Positions 22,992 through 33,379 of a stretch of DNA of 64,000 nt are shown here, in pieces. The translations under genes and the position numbers were made by a program. Source of the DNA: Zancudomyces culisetae HAW-14-8. Taxonomy: Eukaryota > Fungi > Kickxellomycota. The stretch is from assembly GCA_052426225.1 (NCBI GenBank), contig JBNJNM010000012.1, positions 496,001-560,000 of the forward strand. The letters are read 5' to 3'. Every line of letters starts with the position of its first letter. Position 1 is the first letter of the stretch. The notes below the pieces were generated by a model. It had not been told where the DNA came from, searched no databases, and worked only from the letters and a program-made list of their open reading frames with translations.

Positions 22992-25900
22992 TAAATTAAA
23001 TTTCTTGTTTAATATATTATTTACTTATTTAATTAATTATCCCTGTATCTTTTATTTTATACTTATAATAACAGTATAATCTTTTATTGCTAGTGGATTA
23101 AATAATTGTAATTTACAGATTAAGAATCACTCAATCATTTCTGTTGGGAATTTCCTTTTACTCCCAATATTCCATACTAATATTTAATACTAATTTATAA
23201 TTAAAAGACTATTGGACAAAAACCACAAGAGGATAGAAAAAGTTCAATCTAAAAAACATAACAAAACTAAAACCTAATAACCAATAAATAAAAGCATGTT
23301 GCTTATAAGTTCTCGTCGTATCTCTACACGACAGAACCCCGACCCCAGATTGGACTCACTCTCTCACGGAATCGCTTCAACTTCGACTTAAGTGTGTTAG
23401 AAACCTCGGGGACCATGTACTGACTATGATGAAACTTTTTTAACATTTCCTCATGCACTAAGTCTCTATTACCTTCGTTGTCCGAAATGATATAAGTGCC
23501 ATATCTGAGTATCCGTTCGATCTTATACGGCCCTTCCCATGTGCGTTCAAGTTTGCTAAGTTGTTGTTCATTAGTCTTCATAACTAAGTCTCCCACGGCA
23601 AAAGTTGTTACCTTAATCGCTTTATCGTAGACTAACTTCTCCTTTGCTTTGGCGCGTACACTGTTCTCCAACCCGGTGTTTCTTAACTCATCTATCCCTG
23701 TGTCCATACTCGCTATTCTCTCTTGTATTGCCAAATCCCAATCATTAACTTCTGGTGGTGGGGTCCAAATGACTGGTGTTGCCAACTTAACACCGTACAA
23801 CAACTCGGCTGGGCTAAACTGCGTTGTTCGGTTTCTCATTGTTCTGACTGCTAGCAGGGATTTCCACAAATAGGAATCCCAGTTTTCTTTATCGTGCATA
23901 CATTGCTTAACGAGAACGTTCTTTAACGTCTGGTTGAGTCTCTCGACCTGTCCATTGGACTGAGGTCGGTAGGACGTCGTTGGTGTATACTTGATCTGTA
24001 AAAACTCGTATACCTTGGTCGCTACATCGCCTATGAATCCAGGTCCGCGATCCGTGATTATCTGTGACGGTACTCCGAAATCCTGTACTATTTTAGTTAT
24101 GATAAAGTTAACAATAGTCTCCGACTTTATATTACTTACAGCCTGGGCTACCGGCCATTTCGTTAGATAGTCGATCCCGGTTATAATGAACCTATTTCCT
24201 GACTTCGATATCGGGTTAATCGGTCCTACTGCGTCAAGGCCAAATATCTCAAATGGTTTACGTCCGATGATGGGATTAAGCTTGCTGCGTTTTACCCGGT
24301 TTCCTTTGTAGTACTGACAATACACACACTCGGTGACCACTTGTTTAACGACTTCATACAGTCCTTCTCCTGCATAAGATTCTGCCACTATCCTCCATGT
24401 GTTCTCAATGCCATGATGAGATTCTTCATGTATCTGGGTGATCGTTTCTCGTATATTTCTCTCGTGTAATACTTCACGTAATGCGCCTTTAGCTTTTCGA
24501 TACAGTAATTCATCCCTTAGTACATACTTCTTAGCCCTGTTCCTTAGTTTATTCCTGAAATTATCGTCTGCGCCAGAAGGGTAGCTATAATCTTTCAAGT
24601 AATTTCTTATCGCATTATAATATAAATAATCTAAGGTGAAAATATCAATTACTTCCTCGTTACTATTTTGATCCCCTTCGTCCAGTCTTGATAACGCGTC
24701 GGCCGGGTTCGCCTTTCCTAAAATGTGGACTATTGTATAGTCGTAGTTCCTGAGGATCATGGCCCACCTGGCCACTCTCCCTGTTATATCCTTACTGTTG
24801 AACAGTTGTACTAGTGATTTATGGTCCGTCCTCAAGGTGAAATGTTTCCCATACAAGTAATATTTGAATTTCCCGACTGACCAAACCACTGCTAGTCCTT
24901 CCAGATGCGACACTGAATAATTCTTTTCATGATGGTTGGTAATCCTGCTTACATATGAGATAGGCTTCTCTCCGTCATCAAACTGTTGCGACAGTATAGC
25001 GCCGACTCCGCTAACACTGGCGTCTGTAGTTACAATGAATTCCCTTTCCCAGTCAGGATGGGCTAGAGTCGGTGCCTCACATAGTTTTTCCTTCAGTTGA
25101 ACTACTGCCGTCTCACACTCGTTAGACCAATGCCATTTGCTATCCTTTTTAAGCAACTTCAGTATAGGTGCCACTATTTTTGCATATCCGTCCACAAATT
25201 TCCTATAATATCCTGTGAGACCCAAAAATGCTTGAACTTCCTTTACGCTAGTCGGGCTTTTTGTTCTCATTACCGCTTCAATTTTACTAGGACTAGTTCC
25301 TATGCCCTGGTCGGAGATTACATGCCCCAAATATTCTAACTTCCTCATCCCTAACTTGCACTTCTCGCGGTGCAACTGAATTTGACTTTCCTTTAGTAGG
25401 TCGAATACCTGTTGGAGGTCTTGCAAATGCTGATCCACGTTTTCAGAATAGATGATAATATCATCTATAAATACGACGGCTACTTTCCATAGCACTGGTG
25501 CCAATGCTTGTTCCATAAGTCGCTGAAACGATGCAGGGCTATTCGACAGCCCAAATGGCATCACGTTATAACTATAACTTCCGCTGCCTGGTATCGAGAA
25601 TGCTGTCTTGTCCTTATCTGGCTCGTGCATACGGATCTGCCAGAATCCGCTGCGTGCGTCGAGACTACTAAACACTTTGGACCCTGCCAACGCCATGAAT
25701 ATGTCCTCAATTGTTGGTAACGGATAACAGTCCTTCTTTGTAACGCTGTTCAGCTTGCGGTAATCCGCACAAATCCTTAGCTTCCCGTCCTTTTTCCACA
25801 CTGCCACCACGGGCGAGCACCATTCGGATACACATGGAGAGATTACTCCATTTTCTTCCATTTTCTGAAGCTCACTCCTCACTTGTTGATGTAAATGGTG

Positions 25901-28209
25901 GGGTATTCTATACGGCTTTTGTTTTATCGGCGTATCGTCGTTCAGTACTATTTTATGTTCAGTAAGGTGTGTCTGCGAGAGGTCTTCGATACTTTCTGCA
26001 AAAATCTCTGAATTCTGTTCCAATATTATCTTAATTCTAACATCCTCGTACTCATCTTTTGTCGATGCTTCCTCTGTGGATGCCTTTAACATATAATATA
26101 GTTCAGTCTCTTCCCGTTTGATTCTGTTATTACTGGTTGACGTTATCAATGGTATCTTCAGTTCCATCTTATCAATAGGTAACTTTAGTTCGGAAGTCTT
26201 GAGGTTTAACTGTGCCTTGTGATCCAGCAACCAATCGGTACCCAGTATCAAGGTGTTGTCATTTCTCTCCATGATGGTCATATCGGCTTCGAATCTGTAC
26301 CTTCCAATGTAAATTGGCACATTGGTAATCCTTCCTAGTGAATGATGTTTCTTACCATCGGCGGTAATTATTATCTGATCGCACTCCTCATCTGCAATTA
26401 AACCCCACATACCCATTAACTTAGGAGTTGCTACCGAACAGGCGGCTCCCGTATCAACCACTGCCCACAACTCCGTATCGAAGATGGTCACTCGAATCTT
26501 GCAGTTAGTAGTCCTAGGCGATTCAAACTGTATTTCATTCAATTCTGTGCTTTTTGTTCGTTTGCACAGGTTGTTCATCTCTGTAGTCAGACTTGGTGCT
26601 ATATCCATAAGTTGCGGGAAACTGATCTCTGGTTGCCATTTCTCAAGTTGTTCCTTCAGCGAAAAGGGTTTTATTCCTTCCACCATCTTAATAGTTCCTC
26701 TAGGTTTTCTTCCTTGACTCTGACTCTTAGCATGTTCTTCCAGCTGCTCCTTACTTGCACTACTTCCTGACTTCTTACCCATGTCTTCCTCAAATGCTAC
26801 TTTTTTTACTATGGCGGGTGGAACTACTATGTTAGTCTCTACTATCATGTCTTCTCCTTGTTCCTGCATTAATCGCTGCTTCCTTGGTTCCGGGGCTTCT
26901 CGGCTAATAGGTGTCGTTCTTCTGTACGGGGTACTCTTTCTGGGTGATGATTCTTGGCGTGCGACTGCCAATACGTCATTTTCCACTTCTGAATCCTGAT
27001 GGAATTCCAGGTAGTTTACGTCCCTTTTCTGCTTCACTGTTCTCATCTGCTCTCTGAACTTGTCACAATCATACTTCTTGTGACCCTCCTCGTGACAATA
27101 GTAACATTTTACTACTCTCGGCCTGTCACTGTTATATCTGCGGCTGCTACTTTCCTTGAGTCTTTTTTCTATCACTTGATCTACTTTATTAAGCAGATTC
27201 AAACTCCATTCATCCATTTTTTGTATCATCTGCTCGTAACCCAGATTCTCATTTGTCATTTGCTTAATAGACTTCCCTGTTGTTACCACTTTTGTCTTTT
27301 GCTTGTTTACCGTACTCTTCACCTCTGGTCTGGAACTTTGGGCTATATACATACTCTTCAGGTTCTGAATGATGTCATACCATGCAGTAATGCCACTTCC
27401 TTTTATAGCTACTCTAGCATCTTGATCAAGCGCACTAAGCAACCAATCCACTTTTGCGGCTTCTTCCGTAATTCCAGCTTTCTCAAGTATGTCTTCCAGC
27501 TGGTACTCAAACTCTTCTACAGTTTCAAATCCTGACTGTCTAATATCTTTATGTTTCTCAAAATGGTGAAATCTTTGCTCTTTCACTTGATAGTTCCGCT
27601 TGAACTTCTTTTTAAAATCATCCCAATCCTTAACTGTGGGTTTGTTCTTCCTGTACCATAGCTTTTCAATCTTTCCTAAATACAGCTGTACAAAATCCAC
27701 CCAGTCAACACCATCCCACTTGTTCAGCTTAGCTACCAGCTCAAAGCTTGCGATCCATTCCTCAGGATCCTCTCCTGTAGCTGCCTCGAATGTGTTTAAA
27801 TTTTCCATTTGAATCTGACCTCTTCCAATATATCTCCTTAATCCGGCCTAGCTGGGAGCGCCACTGATGTATTAAATTTCTTGTTTAAATATTATTTACT
27901 TTTTTAATTAATTATCCCTGTATCTTTTATTTTATACTTATAATAACAGTATAATCTTTTATTGCTAGTGGATTCAATATATTGTAATTTACAGATTAAG
28001 AATCACTCAATCATTTCTGTTGGGAATTTCCTTTTACTCCCAAAATACCATACTAATTTTTAATACTAATTTATAATTAAAAGACTATTGGACAAAAACC
28101 ACAAGAGGATAGAAAAAGTTCAATCTAAAAAACATAACAAAACTAAAACCTAATAACCAATAAATAAAAGCATGTTGCTTATAAGTTCTCGTCATATCTC
28201 TACATGACA
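22989..28209 (-). mobile_element. Full-length Ty3/gypsy LTR retrotransposon E4 with an intact ORF
   Basis: 345-bp LTRs (22989-23333, 27865-28209). PBS TGGCGCTCCCAGCTAGGC (27863-27846). PPT-like GGGGTCGGGGTTC. TSD not preserved. Confidence 0.95.
23324..27808 (-). CDS. E4 single-ORF Gag-Pol polyprotein, 1494 aa
   Basis: CYYCHEEGHKKYDC, VDTGA, FIDDII, TTDAS, HEESHHG..CVYC, DDE core and GPY; no chromodomain. Confidence 0.95.
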   Translation of the reverse strand: MENLNTFEAATGEDPEEWIASFELVAKLNKWDGVDWVDFVQLYLGKIEKLWYRKNKPTVKDWDDFKKKFKRNYQVKEQRFHHFEKHKDIRQSGFETVEEFEYQLEDILEKAGITEEAAKVDWLLSALDQDARVAIKGSGITAWYDIIQNLKSMYIAQSSRPEVKSTVNKQKTKVVTTGKSIKQMTNENLGYEQMIQKMDEWSLNLLNKVDQVIEKRLKESSSRRYNSDRPRVVKCYYCHEEGHKKYDCDKFREQMRTVKQKRDVNYLEFHQDSEVENDVLAVARQESSPRKSTPYRRTTPISREAPEPRKQRLMQEQGEDMIVETNIVVPPAIVKKVAFEEDMGKKSGSSASKEQLEEHAKSQSQGRKPRGTIKMVEGIKPFSLKEQLEKWQPEISFPQLMDIAPSLTTEMNNLCKRTKSTELNEIQFESPRTTNCKIRVTIFDTELWAVVDTGAACSVATPKLMGMWGLIADEECDQIIITADGKKHHSLGRITNVPIYIGRYRFEADMTIMERNDNTLILGTDWLLDHKAQLNLKTSELKLPIDKMELKIPLITSTSNNRIKREETELYYMLKASTEEASTKDEYEDVRIKIILEQNSEIFAESIEDLSQTHLTEHKIVLNDDTPIKQKPYRIPHHLHQQVRSELQKMEENGVISPCVSEWCSPVVAVWKKDGKLRICADYRKLNSVTKKDCYPLPTIEDIFMALAGSKVFSSLDARSGFWQIRMHEPDKDKTAFSIPGSGSYSYNVMPFGLSNSPASFQRLMEQALAPVLWKVAVVFIDDIIIYSENVDQHLQDLQQVFDLLKESQIQLHREKCKLGMRKLEYLGHVISDQGIGTSPSKIEAVMRTKSPTSVKEVQAFLGLTGYYRKFVDGYAKIVAPILKLLKKDSKWHWSNECETAVVQLKEKLCEAPTLAHPDWEREFIVTTDASVSGVGAILSQQFDDGEKPISYVSRITNHHEKNYSVSHLEGLAVVWSVGKFKYYLYGKHFTLRTDHKSLVQLFNSKDITGRVARWAMILRNYDYTIVHILGKANPADALSRLDEGDQNSNEEVIDIFTLDYLYYNAIRNYLKDYSYPSGADDNFRNKLRNRAKKYVLRDELLYRKAKGALREVLHERNIRETITQIHEESHHGIENTWRIVAESYAGEGLYEVVKQVVTECVYCQYYKGNRVKRSKLNPIIGRKPFEIFGLDAVGPINPISKSGNRFIITGIDYLTKWPVAQAVSNIKSETIVNFIITKIVQDFGVPSQIITDRGPGFIGDVATKVYEFLQIKYTPTTSYRPQSNGQVERLNQTLKNVLVKQCMHDKENWDSYLWKSLLAVRTMRNRTTQFSPAELLYGVKLATPVIWTPPPEVNDWDLAIQERIASMDTGIDELRNTGLENSVRAKAKEKLVYDKAIKVTTFAVGDLVMKTNEQQLSKLERTWEGPYKIERILRYGTYIISDNEGNRDLVHEEMLKKFHHSQYMVPEVSNTLKSKLKRFRERVSPIWGRGSVV

Positions 28210-28212
28210 TCA

Positions 28213-28586
28213 TGTCGTGAATTTTAATCACTGCAATTTATAATTTTTTCCCACTGGGTTTTTATTAAATTGCTAAGAGGGTTAGATTAAATTCACGTTA
28301 CATTCCCGTAAATCTGCATGACAAAGCATTTAAGATGGATCGACAATTGAGAAAATCATCCCCAACACGTTTATAAATTTTTAATGACTGGATTTACAAT
28401 TTTAGCTTATGTTACATTTACTTGTTTCAGAATATTTTTATTTCATATGTATCATAAAATTTATATGATTAAAGTATTTTAATAGGAAAATATTTTTTAC
28501 AGAATTATATAAAAGGTTTAGTATTTCTTAAATAAAACATCATCAGTTCTCAAATACAGTTTTACTTATACTATATTTATACGACA
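28213..28586 (+). repeat. Solo LTR (family b)
   Basis: Diverged direct repeat of 5790-6164. Confidence 0.8.
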
Positions 28587-28589
28587 GTC

Positions 28590-28960
28590 TGTTATATAAA
28601 TAGCTTTATATATATATATTAATGAAATAGCAATATAAACTATCTTCTATTACTTAGTATTATCTTATTCTAAATACTCTTTAAGCCTAGATGCCTTATT
28701 AGATATATTGTGTGTTAGAATCCATTATTACTAATAATTAAACTGAAAAAATCTGATAGTAAAACTCTCACAAAAACCTACCAAACCTATATAAACATAC
28801 TATGATATAATTCTAAGTAGATTCAATTTTGACTGTTTACAACTTACGTAATTTTATCCAATAAAAACTAAATATATTTTAAACCCAAAATTACTAGAAA
28901 AATTTCACTAAACAACTAAATAAAAATAAACATATTAGAAAATAAGGGTACTATATGACA
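28590..28960. repeat. Probable solo LTR (family d)
   Basis: TGTTATATA...TATATGACA termini. Confidence 0.6.
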
Positions 28961-28965
28961 TGTCG

Positions 28966-29354
28966 TGTCGGTATTTATTTTCGATTTGTCGGTCTTATCC
29001 GACTTTACTGCTTTATCTAGTATTTTTTTTATTTACTACTAGTAAGCGGTAGGATCTTAGTTCTTATGTTAATATTGTTATAATATAATAAGTATATACT
29101 AAATACAAATCCGAAAATAAGATTGCTAAAAACATAGAAGAGAAAAAGCAGTGCTTAAATGCATTTTCCTCGTATATACTAAATTATTAAAATACAATGA
29201 ATAATATAATAACCATACGAAATTAAATATTATTTGGGAAATGATGATTTACGAATAGTGTAAAACCTCATAGGTGAAAAGCACAAATTAATTCATCACA
29301 TCTCACTCGCTATAACCCGAGTGAGACGCCCATCTGTCGATCTTTGATGCGACA
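28966..29354. repeat. Solo LTR (family e) inserted in the terminus of unit E
   Basis: TGTCG...CGACA termini; TSD GTCG (28962-28965, 29355-29358). Confidence 0.75.
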
Positions 29355-29647
29355 GTCGCAATATGGGTACTGGGGGTTACACAATTGCTCTGTAACCTTA
29401 TCCCCATTTGCGCAGAATGGGGTGACACACACCCCTTTGGAGGTGTAGGGGAAAGTCTGATCCCCGACGGACTCCCTAGGCTGCTACGGATCTGTATCTG
29501 ACGCACGCTAGTGGTCAGATCTTTTAAGGTCTGGGGGCTTAATACCCCAGCATCCTGATCCATGCTGCTGCCAGTACTTCTTCCGGAAGATGACGAAGTG
29601 GTACTTATTGACATCTCCTCATCTTCATACCCATTTGAGTAGTACAT
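29303..29647 (-). CDS. Ser-rich small protein of unit E
   Basis: Nearly identical to the copy D protein up to the unit end. Confidence 0.68.
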   Translation of the reverse strand: MYYSNGYEDEEMSISTTSSSSGRSTGSSMDQDAGVLSPQTLKDLTTSVRQIQIRSSLGSPSGIRLSPTPPKGCVSPHSAQMGIRLQSNCVTPSTHIATVASKIDRWASHSGYSE

Positions 29648-29975
29648 TTTGTAGTTTCTTTGTATTTTTTTATTATTATTAACTGGATTTTTATTTAATA
29701 CGTCCGTATATTAAGACATGGATGACGCTTTCAAATTCATCCTATGTCTTTTATTTATATAATCTAACTCTTTATAAATAATCACTAAACTATCATCCAT
29801 AAAAAATAATATTACTATATTAATGTTTGCGTTGAAACGTTGGTGTATGAATGTGTTGTAAACAATCATTCATACATATCCCAACGTTACTAGGATGAAC
29901 AATTCCATTGTTCAGCAACGATAATATGATCCAATATTTGTAGCTATTTCGATATCAGCAGTTAGTTCTTCGACA
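29355..29975 (-). mobile_element. Structured ORF-bearing unit, copy E; terminal T at 28961
   Basis: Reverse-complement homologue of copy D; marks the distal end of the stack. Confidence 0.82.
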
Positions 29976-32074
29976 CATGAGTTGACATAATATTTAACAT
30001 TTTAGTATCATGATTAATAAGATCATCAATACCGGAATTGAGTTTATGTATAACTTTAATTTCTTATCTTGTTATTTCTATTTCTTTAAATTGAATAATA
30101 GAAATATTGTCGTCTTAGAAGGATAAAATATCTTTTGAATTTATATAATAATTGAACTAGTTATACTATCGTAAATATAGATACTATATAAAATTTATTG
30201 TAATATAGGACATACATCTTATAGTATAAACTGTTTCAACCTTTAACTATTTTTATGAAACTGTCATAAACTTATAAATAAAAATTTATTAATTATACAA
30301 GTATTAACTGATGTATGATTGTCATTAATGACACATCACTAGTAATCCAGTCAAGAAAGACCACTATATAAAAATGATTGCTGCCCCTAGCATGCTATCA
30401 TCTAGGAATGATTGGTGTTAGTATTTATGTCTTAATTATAAATTATTCTGGTTAAAATATTCAATATGAGCATATTATTAATAAGTTTCCAATCTATATT
30501 AGTAACAATATACAAATTTCTATAATGTAACATTTATAAATTAGCAAAAAGTAACAAGTGAAATAGATATAATTTAACTACGTATAATTCATAAAAATGA
30601 TTGAATAAACAATATTATTATATTTTAACCAAATTAAAATGTTAATTTCCAAATGAAATACCAGAATGTAAATATTCAGACATAATAGCAAATATATAAT
30701 TGAAAAAGATGCTGAAATAATATATATTGAATAGTAATAGCATATACAAGATGACGCAATCTTAAACATTAATCATGCGTAGTATTTCACATTAGTTTTT
30801 CTTAAGTTTTATAATATATATTATAGTTTGAATTATAAACCTATTATTCAAAATACATATTCTATTATTCTTAAAGATAATTATATAAGCCCTTTCGAAA
30901 TTTATCGAAAGAGAACTTATGAGAAAAATATCTTATTCAAACTGAATACTATGTTTTTCTAAATCATAAACAAAACTTTCAGGACTTGACACTAAGATCT
31001 ATATGTATTAACTATGACTAAGATTTATTTAGTAAAATAGTATTAGATGAAAAGTTATTTATTGCTAAAGTTCCCTAAGCAAAATAATCCTTGTGCTTAT
31101 ATAGTTTTACACGATATAATAATAATTGTAAAAATACTAAAACTATACTAAATACTATAACTTAAACTAAATAATATTCAACTCCACAGTTAACATTATT
31201 CATAATTTGGTATTACCCCAAATAATAAAATCATTTTTCTTACGCCATAATTAATATTTATTGGAGAAAGAATTAAGGCGGATAAAAATTAATAAATTTA
31301 ACATTTGCTATTTTTAATATGGTATAAAAAATAACAATAATGTCACGAAAGGATCATGACAAAAACTATAAGTTTAACACTCGGGTGAGCTATAATCCTA
31401 ATTGATTTGATTTTAAATGTTTTCACTTATTGTAAATTACACTTATAATTAGCGAATGTAAAATTTCTATTTAATAATCTCCTCAAATTTTATCAACATT
31501 AAATCCATTGAAAATAATGATTTATAACTTTTTTTATTAAATAGCGATTAATAGTTAAACGTGATATTGTTTGTAGATTATATTTAACATGTATTGTTTG
31601 TAGTTTTATTAATGTTATAAATCTCGTTCTATATATAATCAATATTCACTATAATTAATATTACAACATTTATTATATTCACACAATATATAAATTAAAA
31701 TGATGTGATAAATAATAATATAATTACATGTGAAATTATTTAACTCGTTTGTATATTACTCAACTTTGCATATTTTAACTATCTTGATAAGTATAAAACC
31801 TACACAATCATCTGAATGATCATTATGTTTTATAATCTTTCTAATTTTAAATAATGAAAATTATTAAAATATTACTAAAGGTGATTAAGATAATTATATG
31901 TTTATGTCTCATAAATTAAACTATTAAAGATTAACATTATACAATGGACTACCAAGTGCAGCCATCTGTAAATCAACAACAATCCAAGGGTAAATAAAAA
32001 AATGAAAAGGCAACTGCCTATTCAAAACACAATGAGAGTATGGAAGCAGTTCCATACAGAAGGCACAGTGTTAA

Positions 32075-32440
32075 AACTTGATTTATTTTATTAATATTAA
32101 CTTGATTAAAGAAAAATATTGACTTTATTAAACTAAAGTGAATATTTTTCACTGACGATTTCCACAACGAATTTCGTTGGGTTTATATACTTTTTTGTCA
32201 GCGAAATTTTCATGAAAAAAACCAAGGTCGCAAGACCTTGTTTATCGAAGAAAAAATATTTTCTTACTTCGATAAACATTCAAGGAGTTTGACCCTTGAT
32301 TAGTTTCATGATTTTCAATGTTGGGGTTTAGTTCAACATTGTGTTGTTTTGGTTTATATAAAATATAATCAGTTACTAAAAATCGAATTGGTAATAAATT
32401 AATTTCATGATTACCTAAATCAATTTATGTAACTTTACTG
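32075..32440. repeat. ~360-bp hairpin-rich dispersed repeat upstream of the YR pseudogene
   Basis: Diverged direct copy at ~42620-42980 (TTTTCACTGAC...CCACAACGAA..TCGTTGGG...TCAAGGAGTT.GACCCTTGA). Confidence 0.75.
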
Positions 32441-32499
32441 AAATGGAAATTCAACATACAAATTTAATTAAACTAAAATTGAAATAAAATTAACTAATG

Positions 32500-33379
32500 C
32501 AAAATTTATAGAACTACCTTCTATTCATAACACACAGGAGAAGGAATAGAAGTATTGGATATAATTTATTTTTATCAGAAATAAGCAATAAAAGTAAACT
32601 GAGACCATCATCCATCCTAACGTACAAGTCAGCCTTATTAGAAATGGTTGCCAATTTAGATGAGAATTCTGAACAATTCAACATTCTAAATAGATTCACG
32701 ATGGCTGTAAAAGAGAATCAGTCCAAATATTTTATAAATAACAATATTAATATAAAACCTATTATAGAAAAGATAATAGAATGGGGAACAACGAACGATC
32801 TCGAGACAACCAAATTAACATCGAAATTATGTTGGTTACTAGCAACAGCAGGATTCTTAAGACAATCAGACATAACGTGGAACGATGACAGGTAAAACGA
32901 TAATAGAAGTCGATAAAATCATTTTTACAATTATGGCACCGTAAGAGAAACGCGAAGGTCGCCCAATCGTCAGACAATCAGCAATTCGAAATCACAGAAT
33001 CCCTCTACTTTGTCCGGTAGAAACATACAAAATATATAAAGATAGGGTGGCATACCAAGATTGTATAGCACAACACGAACAATACCCAGAAATTAGTATA
33101 TTTAAGTTACTTAGGCACACTAACAACTAAAACAAATGCATGTTCAAGGTTTCGATTTCTAGGTACATCAGAAAACTAAACGACTTAATAGAAATACCTC
33201 CAGGACGCCCATCAGTAAAAGCGAGAGCAATCGGAACTACAACGGCGTTCAAAGCAGGCATACCGGAAAAAGAAATAGTAAATTCAGATGGATAGAGTAG
33301 CGTAGCCATGTTTAATAATTATTATCGTTTAGACTGGACTTCAAACATGTTTATTTCGGTTATAGTACTTAGGGTCTAA
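32500..33379 (+). pseudogene. Tyrosine recombinase relic (DIRS/Ngaro/Crypton type)
   Basis: KLCWLLATAGFLRQSDI, LLCPVETY, KARAIGTTTAFKAGI and SS..MFNNYYR motifs, interrupted by stops and a frameshift. Confidence 0.8.

Noticed and set aside
953-27812. Many short ORFs antisense to or overlapping gag-pol (e.g. 1004-1201, 10360-10665, 26999-27535, 14586-14783)
   Set aside because: Shadow ORFs of coding strands or of the hairpin-rich unit, with no motifs of their own.
243-29975. CRISPR-like array interpretation of the unit stack
   Set aside because: No constant repeat-spacer period and no cas genes; the units are LTRs and retroelements in a eukaryote.
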